Below, one piece after another: positions 45,966-54,074 of a DNA stretch of 64,000 nt (its first letter is position 1; each line of letters opens with the position of its first letter). The position numbers and the translations under genes are program-made. The DNA is taken from contig DATKCK010000029.1 in NCBI GenBank assembly GCA_035513215.1, positions 1,075-65,074 on the forward strand, in the 5' to 3' direction. The stretch is from Gammaproteobacteria bacterium. Its GTDB lineage: Bacteria; Pseudomonadota; Gammaproteobacteria; Steroidobacterales; Rariloculaceae. Below the pieces are notes generated by a model that saw only the letters and a list, made by a program, of their open reading frames with translations, was not told the DNA's origin and did no database searches.

Positions 45966-48383
45966 ATGCTTGGCCGAATCGAGACCCAACTACGGCGCCT
46001 GCGCCGCAACCTCAGTCGCAGTATCTGGCTTTCGCGTCTGCTGCGTCTGCCGGTGTCGGAGGGAGCGCCGACGCGGCCGGGGTTGATCATGATCCAGACC
46101 GACGGACTGTCGCAGCCGCAGTTCGAACGCGCCCTGGATCGAGGTGAACTGCCGTTCCTGCGCCGGCTGATCCAGCGCGAACACTATCAGCTCCATGCCC
46201 ACTATTCGGGCCTGCCGGCGACGACGCCCGCGGTCCAGGCCGAGCTGTTCTATGGTGTCAAAGGTGCCGTCCCGGCATTTTCCTTCAGAGACCATGAATC
46301 GCGGCGAATCGTGCGCATGTACGAACCGGACACGGCGGCGCGTGTCGAGGCGCTGCTCGCAGGCAACGGCAACGAGGCACTGCTCAAAGAGGGCAGCGCC
46401 TACTCTGACAACTTCACCGGCGGTGCGGCGGAGTCGCATTTCTGTCCATCATCGATGGGTTGGGGCCCGACATTGCGCGCGGCCAATCCGCTGGTGATGC
46501 TGGCGTTTCTGATCGCCAATTTCTACAGTTTTCTGCGCGTTGCTGTCTTGTTGTTGATGGAGTTGGGCCTGGCGCTGGTCGATTTCGTGCGTGGGATCCG
46601 GCGCGGACACAACTTCCTTGCGGAACTGAAATTCATACCGGCGCGGGTCGGCATCTCGATCCTGCTGCGCGAATTCTGTGTGATCGGCGGCAAGATCGAC
46701 ATCGCTCGCGGTCTGCCCATTATTCATATCAACTTCATCGGCTACGACGAACAGTCGCACCGCCGCGGTCCGCGCTCACTGTTTGCCCACTGGACCCTGA
46801 AAGGGATCGACGACGCCATCGCCCGGTTATGGCGCGCCGCCAATCATTCCGCATGGCGACATTACGAACTCTGGATCTACTCCGATCATGGACAGGCCCA
46901 CACCCGGCCCTACCATCACGTTCAAGGCTATACCCTGGCAGAGGCCGTGACCGCGGCGCTCGAAAAATCGGGCGCCAATACAGTCGAAATTCGCACCCAA
47001 GGCGTGGGCAGTATTCAGACCCAGCGGGTGCGTTTCCTCGGCGGCAAACGGATTCAGCACTTGTTCTCGGTGGGTATCAATGGCGAGGAAGCGCATGAAC
47101 ACCAACCCGTGCTTACCGCCCTGGGACCCGTGGGCCATGTCTATGCGCCGCAGCAAATGACTGGCGATGAACGAGATTTTGTCGCCCGTGAATTGGCGCG
47201 CACGCATAAGGTACCAATCGTGCTCAATGTGGAGGCCCCGGGCACGCTGTGCGCCCGCACCGATGCCGGTGAATTCCGTTTGCCGCAGGATCGTGCCGCT
47301 TTGTTCGGAGAGCGACATCCATTCCTCGATTCGATTGGCGAGGATCTGGTGCGCCTCTGCGAACACCCGGATGCTGGCGACTTCGTTGTGCTTGGCTGGC
47401 GTGAAGGCGTGATACCGATGACCTTCGCCGAGGAGAACGGCTCCCACGCCGGTGCGACGCCCGAAGAGACCAACGGTTTTGCGCTGCTGCCCGTGGACGC
47501 TCCTTTGGCGGCACGTGAACATGCGTACTTACGTCCCATGGACCTGCGCATTGCGGCGCTGCAGCATCTGGAGCGACAGGATCGTAAACCTGTCGCAACA
47601 CGCATACGTGCCGTCGCCACACCGACGGATACGCTGCGGGTCATGACCTACAATGTGCACAGTTGCATCGGCATGGACGGCAAGCTCGACGCCCAGCGCA
47701 TCGCCCGGGTGATTGCCCGCGGCAGACCGGATGTGGTGGCGTTGCAGGAGCTGGACGTGGGCCGCGCCCGCACCGATGGCATGAACCAGGCGCATTTGAT
47801 CGCCCGTTATCTGGAAATGGAGTTTCATTTCCATCCAACCCTGCATCTCGAGGAAGAACGCTATGGCGATGCCATCCTGACGAATCTGCCACAGCGCCTG
47901 GTCAAGGCCGGCGCGCTGCCGGGGCTCGCCGGCAAACGGCACCTGGAACCGCGCGGAGCGCTCTGGGTTGCCATCGAACTGCATGGTAAAGAGATTCAGA
48001 TCATCAATACTCACCTGGGATTGTTCCCGCGGGAACGCATGGCGCAGGGTGAAGCGCTGCTCGGCAGCGACTGGCTGGCACACGAACAGTGCCGGGAGCC
48101 GGTGATCCTGTGCGGCGACTTCAACGCCCTGCCGTCATCGTCGGTGTGCCGCCGGCTCGCTGGGCAACTCAAGGACGTTCAAACCGAGGTGCAGCACCAC
48201 CGCCCTAAAGGCACCTATTCCGGACGCTTTCCGACGGTGCGCATTGACCACATCTACATCAGCCCCGGACTCGAAGTAACCGGCATCGAAGTCCCGGCCT
48301 CGGAAATGGCGCGCGTCGCCTCCGACCATCTGCCGCTGGTCGCGGAGATGCGCATCCCTGAACAGCGCAACCTGCGGACATGA
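45966..48383 (+). CDS. two-domain phosphoesterase: alkaline-phosphatase-superfamily (NPP/type I phosphodiesterase-like) N-domain + endonuclease/exonuclease/phosphatase (EEP) C-domain
   Basis: 805 aa. AlkP-type ligands IMIQTDGLS, GLPATTPAVQ (Thr nucleophile), YDEQSHRRGP and IYSDHGQ. A hydrophobic stretch covers about residues 175-215. EEP motifs are MTYNVH, ALQELD, CGDFN and ASDHLP. Confidence 0.85.
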   Translation: MLGRIETQLRRLRRNLSRSIWLSRLLRLPVSEGAPTRPGLIMIQTDGLSQPQFERALDRGELPFLRRLIQREHYQLHAHYSGLPATTPAVQAELFYGVKGAVPAFSFRDHESRRIVRMYEPDTAARVEALLAGNGNEALLKEGSAYSDNFTGGAAESHFCPSSMGWGPTLRAANPLVMLAFLIANFYSFLRVAVLLLMELGLALVDFVRGIRRGHNFLAELKFIPARVGISILLREFCVIGGKIDIARGLPIIHINFIGYDEQSHRRGPRSLFAHWTLKGIDDAIARLWRAANHSAWRHYELWIYSDHGQAHTRPYHHVQGYTLAEAVTAALEKSGANTVEIRTQGVGSIQTQRVRFLGGKRIQHLFSVGINGEEAHEHQPVLTALGPVGHVYAPQQMTGDERDFVARELARTHKVPIVLNVEAPGTLCARTDAGEFRLPQDRAALFGERHPFLDSIGEDLVRLCEHPDAGDFVVLGWREGVIPMTFAEENGSHAGATPEETNGFALLPVDAPLAAREHAYLRPMDLRIAALQHLERQDRKPVATRIRAVATPTDTLRVMTYNVHSCIGMDGKLDAQRIARVIARGRPDVVALQELDVGRARTDGMNQAHLIARYLEMEFHFHPTLHLEEERYGDAILTNLPQRLVKAGALPGLAGKRHLEPRGALWVAIELHGKEIQIINTHLGLFPRERMAQGEALLGSDWLAHEQCREPVILCGDFNALPSSSVCRRLAGQLKDVQTEVQHHRPKGTYSGRFPTVRIDHIYISPGLEVTGIEVPASEMARVASDHLPLVAEMRIPEQRNLRT

Positions 48384-48462
48384 AGTCAGCCTGGCCGTGA
48401 GATACGCCTGTTGTCGCTGCAGTCCCCGTCTTCTGACGGCCTGGCGGCCGCGTAAAGGTCGA

Positions 48463-48533
48463 AAGGCGTCGTCCTGACGATGGTGCCCGAGACGCTCGAA
48501 CGTGCGCCCGCCGATCCCGCTCGACTAACATAG
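48463..48533 (+). pseudogene. 3'-terminal remnant of an MFS transporter gene (paralogous/duplicated copy of the 38690-38752 end)
   Basis: Reads GVVLTMVPETLERAPADPARLT*, against FVMLTLVPETLERGPTDSTERP* at the end of the intact MFS gene. The 18 nt GGTGCCCGAGACGCTCGA are identical (38701-38718 and 48482-48499). An in-frame TAA lies just upstream and there is no start codon. Confidence 0.6.
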
Positions 48534-48537
48534 CCCG

Positions 48538-49605
48538 ATGCAACGCGCGATTCACTGCTGCCTGATGCGCGGCGGGAGCTCCAAAGGGCTCTACTTCGAG
48601 GCTGCGAACCTGCCGGTGGACGTGGTCGAGCGGGACCGCATTCTCGTGGCGGCGATGGGCTCGGACCAGCGGCAGATCGACGGTGTCGGCGGCGCGCATC
48701 CCCTGACGAGCAAGGTCGCGATCGTGAGTCGTGCGGCCGAGGATTCGGCCGACGTCGATTATCTGTTCGCGCAGGTCGTCGTCGGCGAGGGCCGCGTCGA
48801 TACGACGCCGAACTGCGGCAACATGCTCGCGGCCGTCGGCCCGTTCGCGATCGAGGCGGGAATGATCGCGGCCGGCGACGGCGAGACGCGCGTGCGCGTA
48901 CGCATGCTGAACACGGGCAACCTCTGCGAGCTCGTCGTGCAGACGCCCGGCGGGCGCGTAACCTACGAAGGCAGCGCCAGGATAGACGGCGTGCCGGGAA
49001 CGGCCGCGCCGATCGTCTGCAACTATCTCGATGTCGCGGGCTCCGTCTGCGGCTCGCTGCTGCCGACCGGCAATGCGATCGATATCGTCGACGGCATCGA
49101 GGTCACCTGCATCGACAACGGCATGCCCGTCGTCGTGCTGCGGGCGCGTGACCTCGGCATCACTGGCCACGAGACGCGCGAGGTGCTCGATGGCAACGAG
49201 ACGCTCAAGCAAAGGCTCGAGTCGATCCGATTGCAGATCGGGCCGAAGATGAATCTCGGCGACGTCACGAGCAAGGTCGTTCCGAAAATGAGCCTGATCT
49301 CGGCGCCGCGGGCCGGCGGGCATGTCAACACGCGCACGTTCATTCCTCACGATTGCCACGCCGCGATCGGCGTACTCGGCGCCGTCTCGGTAGCGACTGC
49401 CTGCATCGTCCCCGGCACCGTGGCCGAAGGCATCGCCACCGTTCCCGAAGGGTCGATCAAGCAGATGTCGGTCGAGCATCCGTCGGGCGAGTTCTCGGTG
49501 ACGCTGGAGGTCGGCGGCACGCCCGACGCGCCCGAGGTGCTGAAGGCGGGACTGCTACGCACCGCGCGGCTCATCATGCGAGGCGAGGTATTCGTGGTTC
49601 AGTGA
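48538..49605 (+). CDS. ligU: PrpF-superfamily 4-oxalomesaconate tautomerase (GalD/LigU-like)
   Basis: 355 aa. …CLMRGGSSKG…, …QIDGVGGAHPLTSKVAIV…DVDYLFAQV… and …CIDNGMPVV… closely follow my memory of GalD/LigU. Confidence 0.85.
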   Translation: MQRAIHCCLMRGGSSKGLYFEAANLPVDVVERDRILVAAMGSDQRQIDGVGGAHPLTSKVAIVSRAAEDSADVDYLFAQVVVGEGRVDTTPNCGNMLAAVGPFAIEAGMIAAGDGETRVRVRMLNTGNLCELVVQTPGGRVTYEGSARIDGVPGTAAPIVCNYLDVAGSVCGSLLPTGNAIDIVDGIEVTCIDNGMPVVVLRARDLGITGHETREVLDGNETLKQRLESIRLQIGPKMNLGDVTSKVVPKMSLISAPRAGGHVNTRTFIPHDCHAAIGVLGAVSVATACIVPGTVAEGIATVPEGSIKQMSVEHPSGEFSVTLEVGGTPDAPEVLKAGLLRTARLIMRGEVFVVQ

Positions 49606-50291
49606 GGATTGCACTCGCATTCGATGTCTACGGCACGCTGATCGACACGGCCGGCGTCGTCGCTGAGCTGCGCGCGCTCGTCGGCAATCGTGCCGAGGCC
49701 TTCTCGGCACTCTGGCGCGAGAAGCAGCTCGAGTACTCGTTCCGGCGCGCGCTGATGCGCCGCTACGCGAAGTTCTCCGTCTGTGTCAGCGAGTCGCTCG
49801 ATTATGTCTCGGCCCGTCTCGACGTCTCACTGGCGGACGAGGACAGGGCGCGTGTGCTCGGCGTTTTCGGCGCCCTGCCGGCTTTCGACGATGTCGACTA
49901 TTGCCTGGCCCGGCTCGACATCGGCGAGTTCGGGCTCTATGCGTTGTCGAACGGGTCGCGCGACGCCGTCGAGAAACTGCTCGAGAACGCCGGGATCAAC
50001 GAGCGGTTCGCCGATATCGTCAGCGTCGACGAGATCGAGACGTTCAAGCCGGATCCAGCCGTCTACGAGCATTTCCTTAAGCGGGCCGGTGTGGACGGCA
50101 GCCACGCGTGGCTGATCTCGGGGAACCCTTTCGACGTGATCGGCGCCCAGTCGGCCGGGATGAACGGCGTCTGGGTCAAGCGGTCTCTCGATGCGGTCTA
50201 CGATCCCTGGGGCGTCGAGCCGACGCTGACGGCTTCGAGTCTTGCCGAGCTGGGTCCGAAGCTGCAGGAGTTCCTCGCGCGAAGCCGCTGA
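49602..50291 (+). CDS. HAD-superfamily hydrolase (type II haloacid dehalogenase-like)
   Basis: The GTG at 49602 overlaps the ligU stop (GTGA). VRIALAFDVYGTLID carries the DxYGT nucleophile motif. 229 aa. Confidence 0.75.
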   Translation: MRIALAFDVYGTLIDTAGVVAELRALVGNRAEAFSALWREKQLEYSFRRALMRRYAKFSVCVSESLDYVSARLDVSLADEDRARVLGVFGALPAFDDVDYCLARLDIGEFGLYALSNGSRDAVEKLLENAGINERFADIVSVDEIETFKPDPAVYEHFLKRAGVDGSHAWLISGNPFDVIGAQSAGMNGVWVKRSLDAVYDPWGVEPTLTASSLAELGPKLQEFLARSR

Positions 50292-50294
50292 AGC

Positions 50295-51548
50295 TCATCG
50301 AGCTTCTGCTCCGGCATCCGCGCGCGGCAGGATCAGCACGACGAGCCAGCAGGCCGCGGTGCAGGCTGCGCCGATCGAGACCAGCGAGTCGAACGCGCGT
50401 TCCGCGCCGAGGCGCGCGGCCCACGACTCGTACCAGCCGCCGCCAACGCGGCTGCCGAGCGAGTAGCTCAGGTTGCTTAGCGCCATCAGCAAGGCGAACA
50501 CCGTGCCGGCCGATGCCGGCGGGCAATAGCGCGCGGCGAGATCGAGCTGCGCGAGCGTCGTGAACATGTAGGCGAAACCGACCGCGCCCGCGATGACGAG
50601 CGCCGAAAGCCAGCCCGACAGCGCAAAGTAGCTGAGGCTCGAGATCAGCATCGCGACGAGAGAGATATGAATGATCGACCGCACGCGGAAGCGCGGCGAG
50701 AGCCAGCCATAGACGAAGCAGCCGACGATCGCGGCGGCGCTGCCGACCGAGTACATCGTGCCGACGACGGTCTCGCTGATGCCGAGCGCGCCGGTCAGGT
50801 GGACATAGAGCACGTCGGCCGAGAACGGGTTGAAGTTGAGCAGGATCAGAAAGAGCGCAACGGGCAGAATATAGCCTGCGCGGATCGCACCGAGCGTCTG
50901 TCTCAGCGTCGCTCGAGCCTGGCCGGCATCGAGCCGTGCCGGCGGCTCGCGATCGAGGACGCGCCAGGCCACGAAAAAGCTCAGCAACGAGAACGCCCCG
51001 GCCAGTACGAACCCGAGCTGCTGCGCGCCGCGCTCGCTCAGCAGGCCGCCGGCAACACCGGTCAGAATGCCGGCCGCATAGAGCGACGCCCACTGCACGG
51101 ACTGAAGTCGACCCGTCAGCCCGAGCGGCTGGCCCTTTTCGACCATCAGGGCATCCGCGACGACATCGGCGAGCGCGACGCCGGCGCAGGGCACGAGCAG
51201 CACGAGTGTCAGCGTGCCGACGGATCCGGGCGGAAGCTCGAGCGTTCCCGCGAGCATGAGGCCGATTCCCGCCATCAGCGTCGCAAGCAGCAGGTAGCTC
51301 CTGCGTCTCGATCCCAGGATCGGAACGAAATCGCTCAGGAGCCCGAGCAGCGGCTTCAGATACCAGGGCAGGCCGACGATGAGCATGAAGCCCGCGATCT
51401 CATCGGCGCCGAGACCCCAGCTCCTGAGCAGCGATCGCGTCGGTTGCGCGATCAGTCCCTCGGTTGGCTCGCCGACGCCCTGGACGAAATAGATGAAACC
51501 GAAGAGCAGCGCGAGCCGGGATGCCGGTGAACGCGCTGCGACGCTCAC
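50295..51548 (-). CDS. MFS transporter, folate-biopterin transporter (BT1)-like
   Basis: 417 aa with 12 TM helices. N-terminal …FGFIYFVQG…PWYLKPLLGLLSD… pattern. Confidence 0.8.
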   Translation of the reverse strand: MSVAARSPASRLALLFGFIYFVQGVGEPTEGLIAQPTRSLLRSWGLGADEIAGFMLIVGLPWYLKPLLGLLSDFVPILGSRRRSYLLLATLMAGIGLMLAGTLELPPGSVGTLTLVLLVPCAGVALADVVADALMVEKGQPLGLTGRLQSVQWASLYAAGILTGVAGGLLSERGAQQLGFVLAGAFSLLSFFVAWRVLDREPPARLDAGQARATLRQTLGAIRAGYILPVALFLILLNFNPFSADVLYVHLTGALGISETVVGTMYSVGSAAAIVGCFVYGWLSPRFRVRSIIHISLVAMLISSLSYFALSGWLSALVIAGAVGFAYMFTTLAQLDLAARYCPPASAGTVFALLMALSNLSYSLGSRVGGGWYESWAARLGAERAFDSLVSIGAACTAACWLVVLILPRADAGAEAR

Positions 51549-51567
51549 TCGCGGTTATCCCGATCGA

Positions 51568-53004
51568 TCACCGTGCGACGCTGATGACTTCGGGCTCCAT
51601 GTAGGACTTGAGCCCGAGATGCGAGTACTGCCGGCCGAGCCCGGATTCCTTCGCGCCGCCGAAAGGCACGATGGCCGAGGTCGCGCGATGCTGATTGACC
51701 CAGGCCGTGCCGACCTCGAGTCGCGCGGCGATGGCCTTGCCGCGCTCGATGTCGGACGTCCAGACCGATCCCGACAGGCCGAATCGAGTGTCGTTCGCGC
51801 GCCTTATCGCATCGTCGAGATCGGAGTACTTCAGGATCGGCACGACGGGTCCGAATTGCTCCTCGGCGACGAGCCGGCTGTCGTCGCTGACGTCGGTGAC
51901 GAGCGTCGGCGGAATGAAGTAGCCGGGCGTATCGGGAATCTCGCCGCCGCAAAGAATCCTCGCGCCGCTCGCCTTCGTGTCCTCGATGAGCTCGCGTACC
52001 TTGTCGTACTGCATCTTGTTCTGCAAGGGTCCGAGTGTCGTCGCAGGATCGAGTCCGCTGCCGACTCTCGCTTTCGACGCTTCCTCGACGAGCGCATCGC
52101 AGAGCGCGTCGTAGATGCTCTCATGGGCGTAGATGCGCTTGATCGCCATGCAGACCTGGCCCGAGTTGACGAACGAGGCGAAGAAAACCTTCTTTGCGAT
52201 CGCCTTCGGGTCGACGTCCTCAAGAATGATCGCCGGATCGTTGCCGCCGAGCTCGAGCGTCAGGCGCTTCATCGTGCCGGCGGCGCTTGCAAAGACCTTC
52301 TTGCCGGTCGTAACGGAACCGGTGAACGAGATCTTGTCGATGCCGGGGTGCTCCGTCATCAGCCGGCCGAGCTCGTCGCCGCCGGCGAGCACGTTAGCGA
52401 CGCCGGCCGGCACGAGCCGAGCGAGCAGCTCGCCGAGCTTCAGCGTCGTCAGCGGTGTGTAGGGCGAGGGCTTCAGGATGACGGTGTTGCCGGTGTAGAG
52501 CGCGGAGACGAGCGGCCCGAGCGCGAGGTTCACGGGCGCGTTCCACGGCGTGATGATGCCGACGACGCCGAGCGGCCGGTAATGGAGCTCAATAAGGCGC
52601 TCGTCGTTGTCGACGAGCGTCTCGATCGGGAGCTCGATTGCCACCATGCCTTCCGATTGCGCGGCGCCGCGGTCGATCTCGGCGACCGACTGGCCGAGTG
52701 GCTTGCCTTGCTCGAGCGTCAGGAGCTCGGCCAGCGCGTCCTGATGCTCGCGCAGCGCCCCCGCCAGGCGCCGGATGACCTCGGCGCGGGCGGCGAAGCC
52801 GATATCCCGCCAGGCCGGCGCGGCACGGCGCGCGGCCGCGACGGCGCGTTCGAGCTCGGGCTCACCGGCCGCCGGGCAGCGCGCGAACACGCTGCCCGTT
52901 GCCGGATTAACGACGTCGAGCGTGCTCTCGCCTCCGGTCAGCTTGCCGTCGATGAGCAGGGAGAAATCCGTGCGCACGGGATCGGTGGCGGCGGCCTTGA
53001 CCAT
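51568..53004 (-). CDS. NAD(P)-dependent aldehyde dehydrogenase
   Basis: Start trimmed to MVKAAATDP (ATG 53004, GGAGAAG RBS). ELGGNDP, catalytic …GQVCMAIKR…, and EEQFGPV. Confidence 0.9.
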   Translation of the reverse strand: MVKAAATDPVRTDFSLLIDGKLTGGESTLDVVNPATGSVFARCPAAGEPELERAVAAARRAAPAWRDIGFAARAEVIRRLAGALREHQDALAELLTLEQGKPLGQSVAEIDRGAAQSEGMVAIELPIETLVDNDERLIELHYRPLGVVGIITPWNAPVNLALGPLVSALYTGNTVILKPSPYTPLTTLKLGELLARLVPAGVANVLAGGDELGRLMTEHPGIDKISFTGSVTTGKKVFASAAGTMKRLTLELGGNDPAIILEDVDPKAIAKKVFFASFVNSGQVCMAIKRIYAHESIYDALCDALVEEASKARVGSGLDPATTLGPLQNKMQYDKVRELIEDTKASGARILCGGEIPDTPGYFIPPTLVTDVSDDSRLVAEEQFGPVVPILKYSDLDDAIRRANDTRFGLSGSVWTSDIERGKAIAARLEVGTAWVNQHRATSAIVPFGGAKESGLGRQYSHLGLKSYMEPEVISVAR

Positions 53005-53119
53005 AGGTAAGCTTCTCCGGGGATCGTTCTGAATGCAGAAAGGCTGTGTTAACCTGTTTGGCGAGAATAATACATCAACGATTCTCGCATTCCCCTCGAT
53101 CGATCCTGCGGAGACTTGC

Positions 53120-54061
53120 ATGAAGATTGTCATGGTTGGCCAGGGCGCGTTTGGCCAGAAGCATTTGGACGGACTCAAGAACATCGACGGCGTCGAGGTC
53201 GTAAGCCTCGCGGGCGGCAAGCTCGAGTCGGTCGAGGCCGTCGCGCAGAAGTACGGCATCGGGCACTGGACGTCCGATCTGGCCGAGGCGCTCGAGCAGC
53301 CCGGCGTCGATGCGGCGATCATTGCGTCGCCGACGCAGATGCACGCGGCTCAGGCGATTCAGTGCCTCGAGGCCGGCAAGCACGTCGAGATCGAGATTCC
53401 GATTGCCGATTCACTCGCGGATGCGAAGGCGATCGCAAAGGCGCAGGAGAAGTCGGGCGTGATCGCGATGGCGGGCCACACGCGGCGATTCAATCCGTCA
53501 CATCAATGGGTGCACAACAGGGTCGTCGCCGGGGAGCTCAAGCTCCAACATCTCGTCGTTCAGACATTTTTCTTTCGCCGCAAGAACATCAACCTCGAGG
53601 GCAAGCCGAGGAGCTGGACCGATCATTTGCTCTGGCATCATGCCTGCCATACGGTCGATCTCTTCCAGCATCAGACCGGCGAGACGGCATCCGATGTCCA
53701 CGCGTTCGAAGGGCCGACGCATCCGGAGCTCGGGATCGCGCTGGACATGAGCATCGGCATGAAGGTGCCTTCCGGCGCCACCTGCACGCTCGCGCTCTCG
53801 TTCAACAACGACGGGCCGCAGGGCACGTTCTTCCGCTACATCTGCGACAATGGCACCTATATCGCGCGCTATGACGATCTCGTCGACGGCAAGGAGAATC
53901 CGATCGATCTGTCGGGCGTCGCCGTGTCGATGAACGGTATCGAGCTTCAGGATCGCGAGTTCATTGCCGCGATTCGCGAGGGCAGGGAGCCGAACGGCAG
54001 CGTCGCGCAGGTCCTGCCGGCGATGGAGACCCTGCATCGTCTGGAGCAATGCCTTGGGTGA
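53120..54061 (+). CDS. ligC: Gfo/Idh/MocA oxidoreductase, 4-carboxy-2-hydroxymuconate-6-semialdehyde dehydrogenase (LigC)-like
   Basis: Start trimmed to MKIVMVGQGAFGQKHLDGLKNIDGVEVV. Long stretches match remembered Sphingobium LigC (…GHTRRFNPSHQ…, …PRSWTDHLLWHHA…, …FRYICDNGT…IARYDDLV…, …NGIELQDREFIAAIREGREPN…). Confidence 0.8.
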   Translation: MKIVMVGQGAFGQKHLDGLKNIDGVEVVSLAGGKLESVEAVAQKYGIGHWTSDLAEALEQPGVDAAIIASPTQMHAAQAIQCLEAGKHVEIEIPIADSLADAKAIAKAQEKSGVIAMAGHTRRFNPSHQWVHNRVVAGELKLQHLVVQTFFFRRKNINLEGKPRSWTDHLLWHHACHTVDLFQHQTGETASDVHAFEGPTHPELGIALDMSIGMKVPSGATCTLALSFNNDGPQGTFFRYICDNGTYIARYDDLVDGKENPIDLSGVAVSMNGIELQDREFIAAIREGREPNGSVAQVLPAMETLHRLEQCLG

Positions 54062-54074
54062 GATTGCCGTCTGT

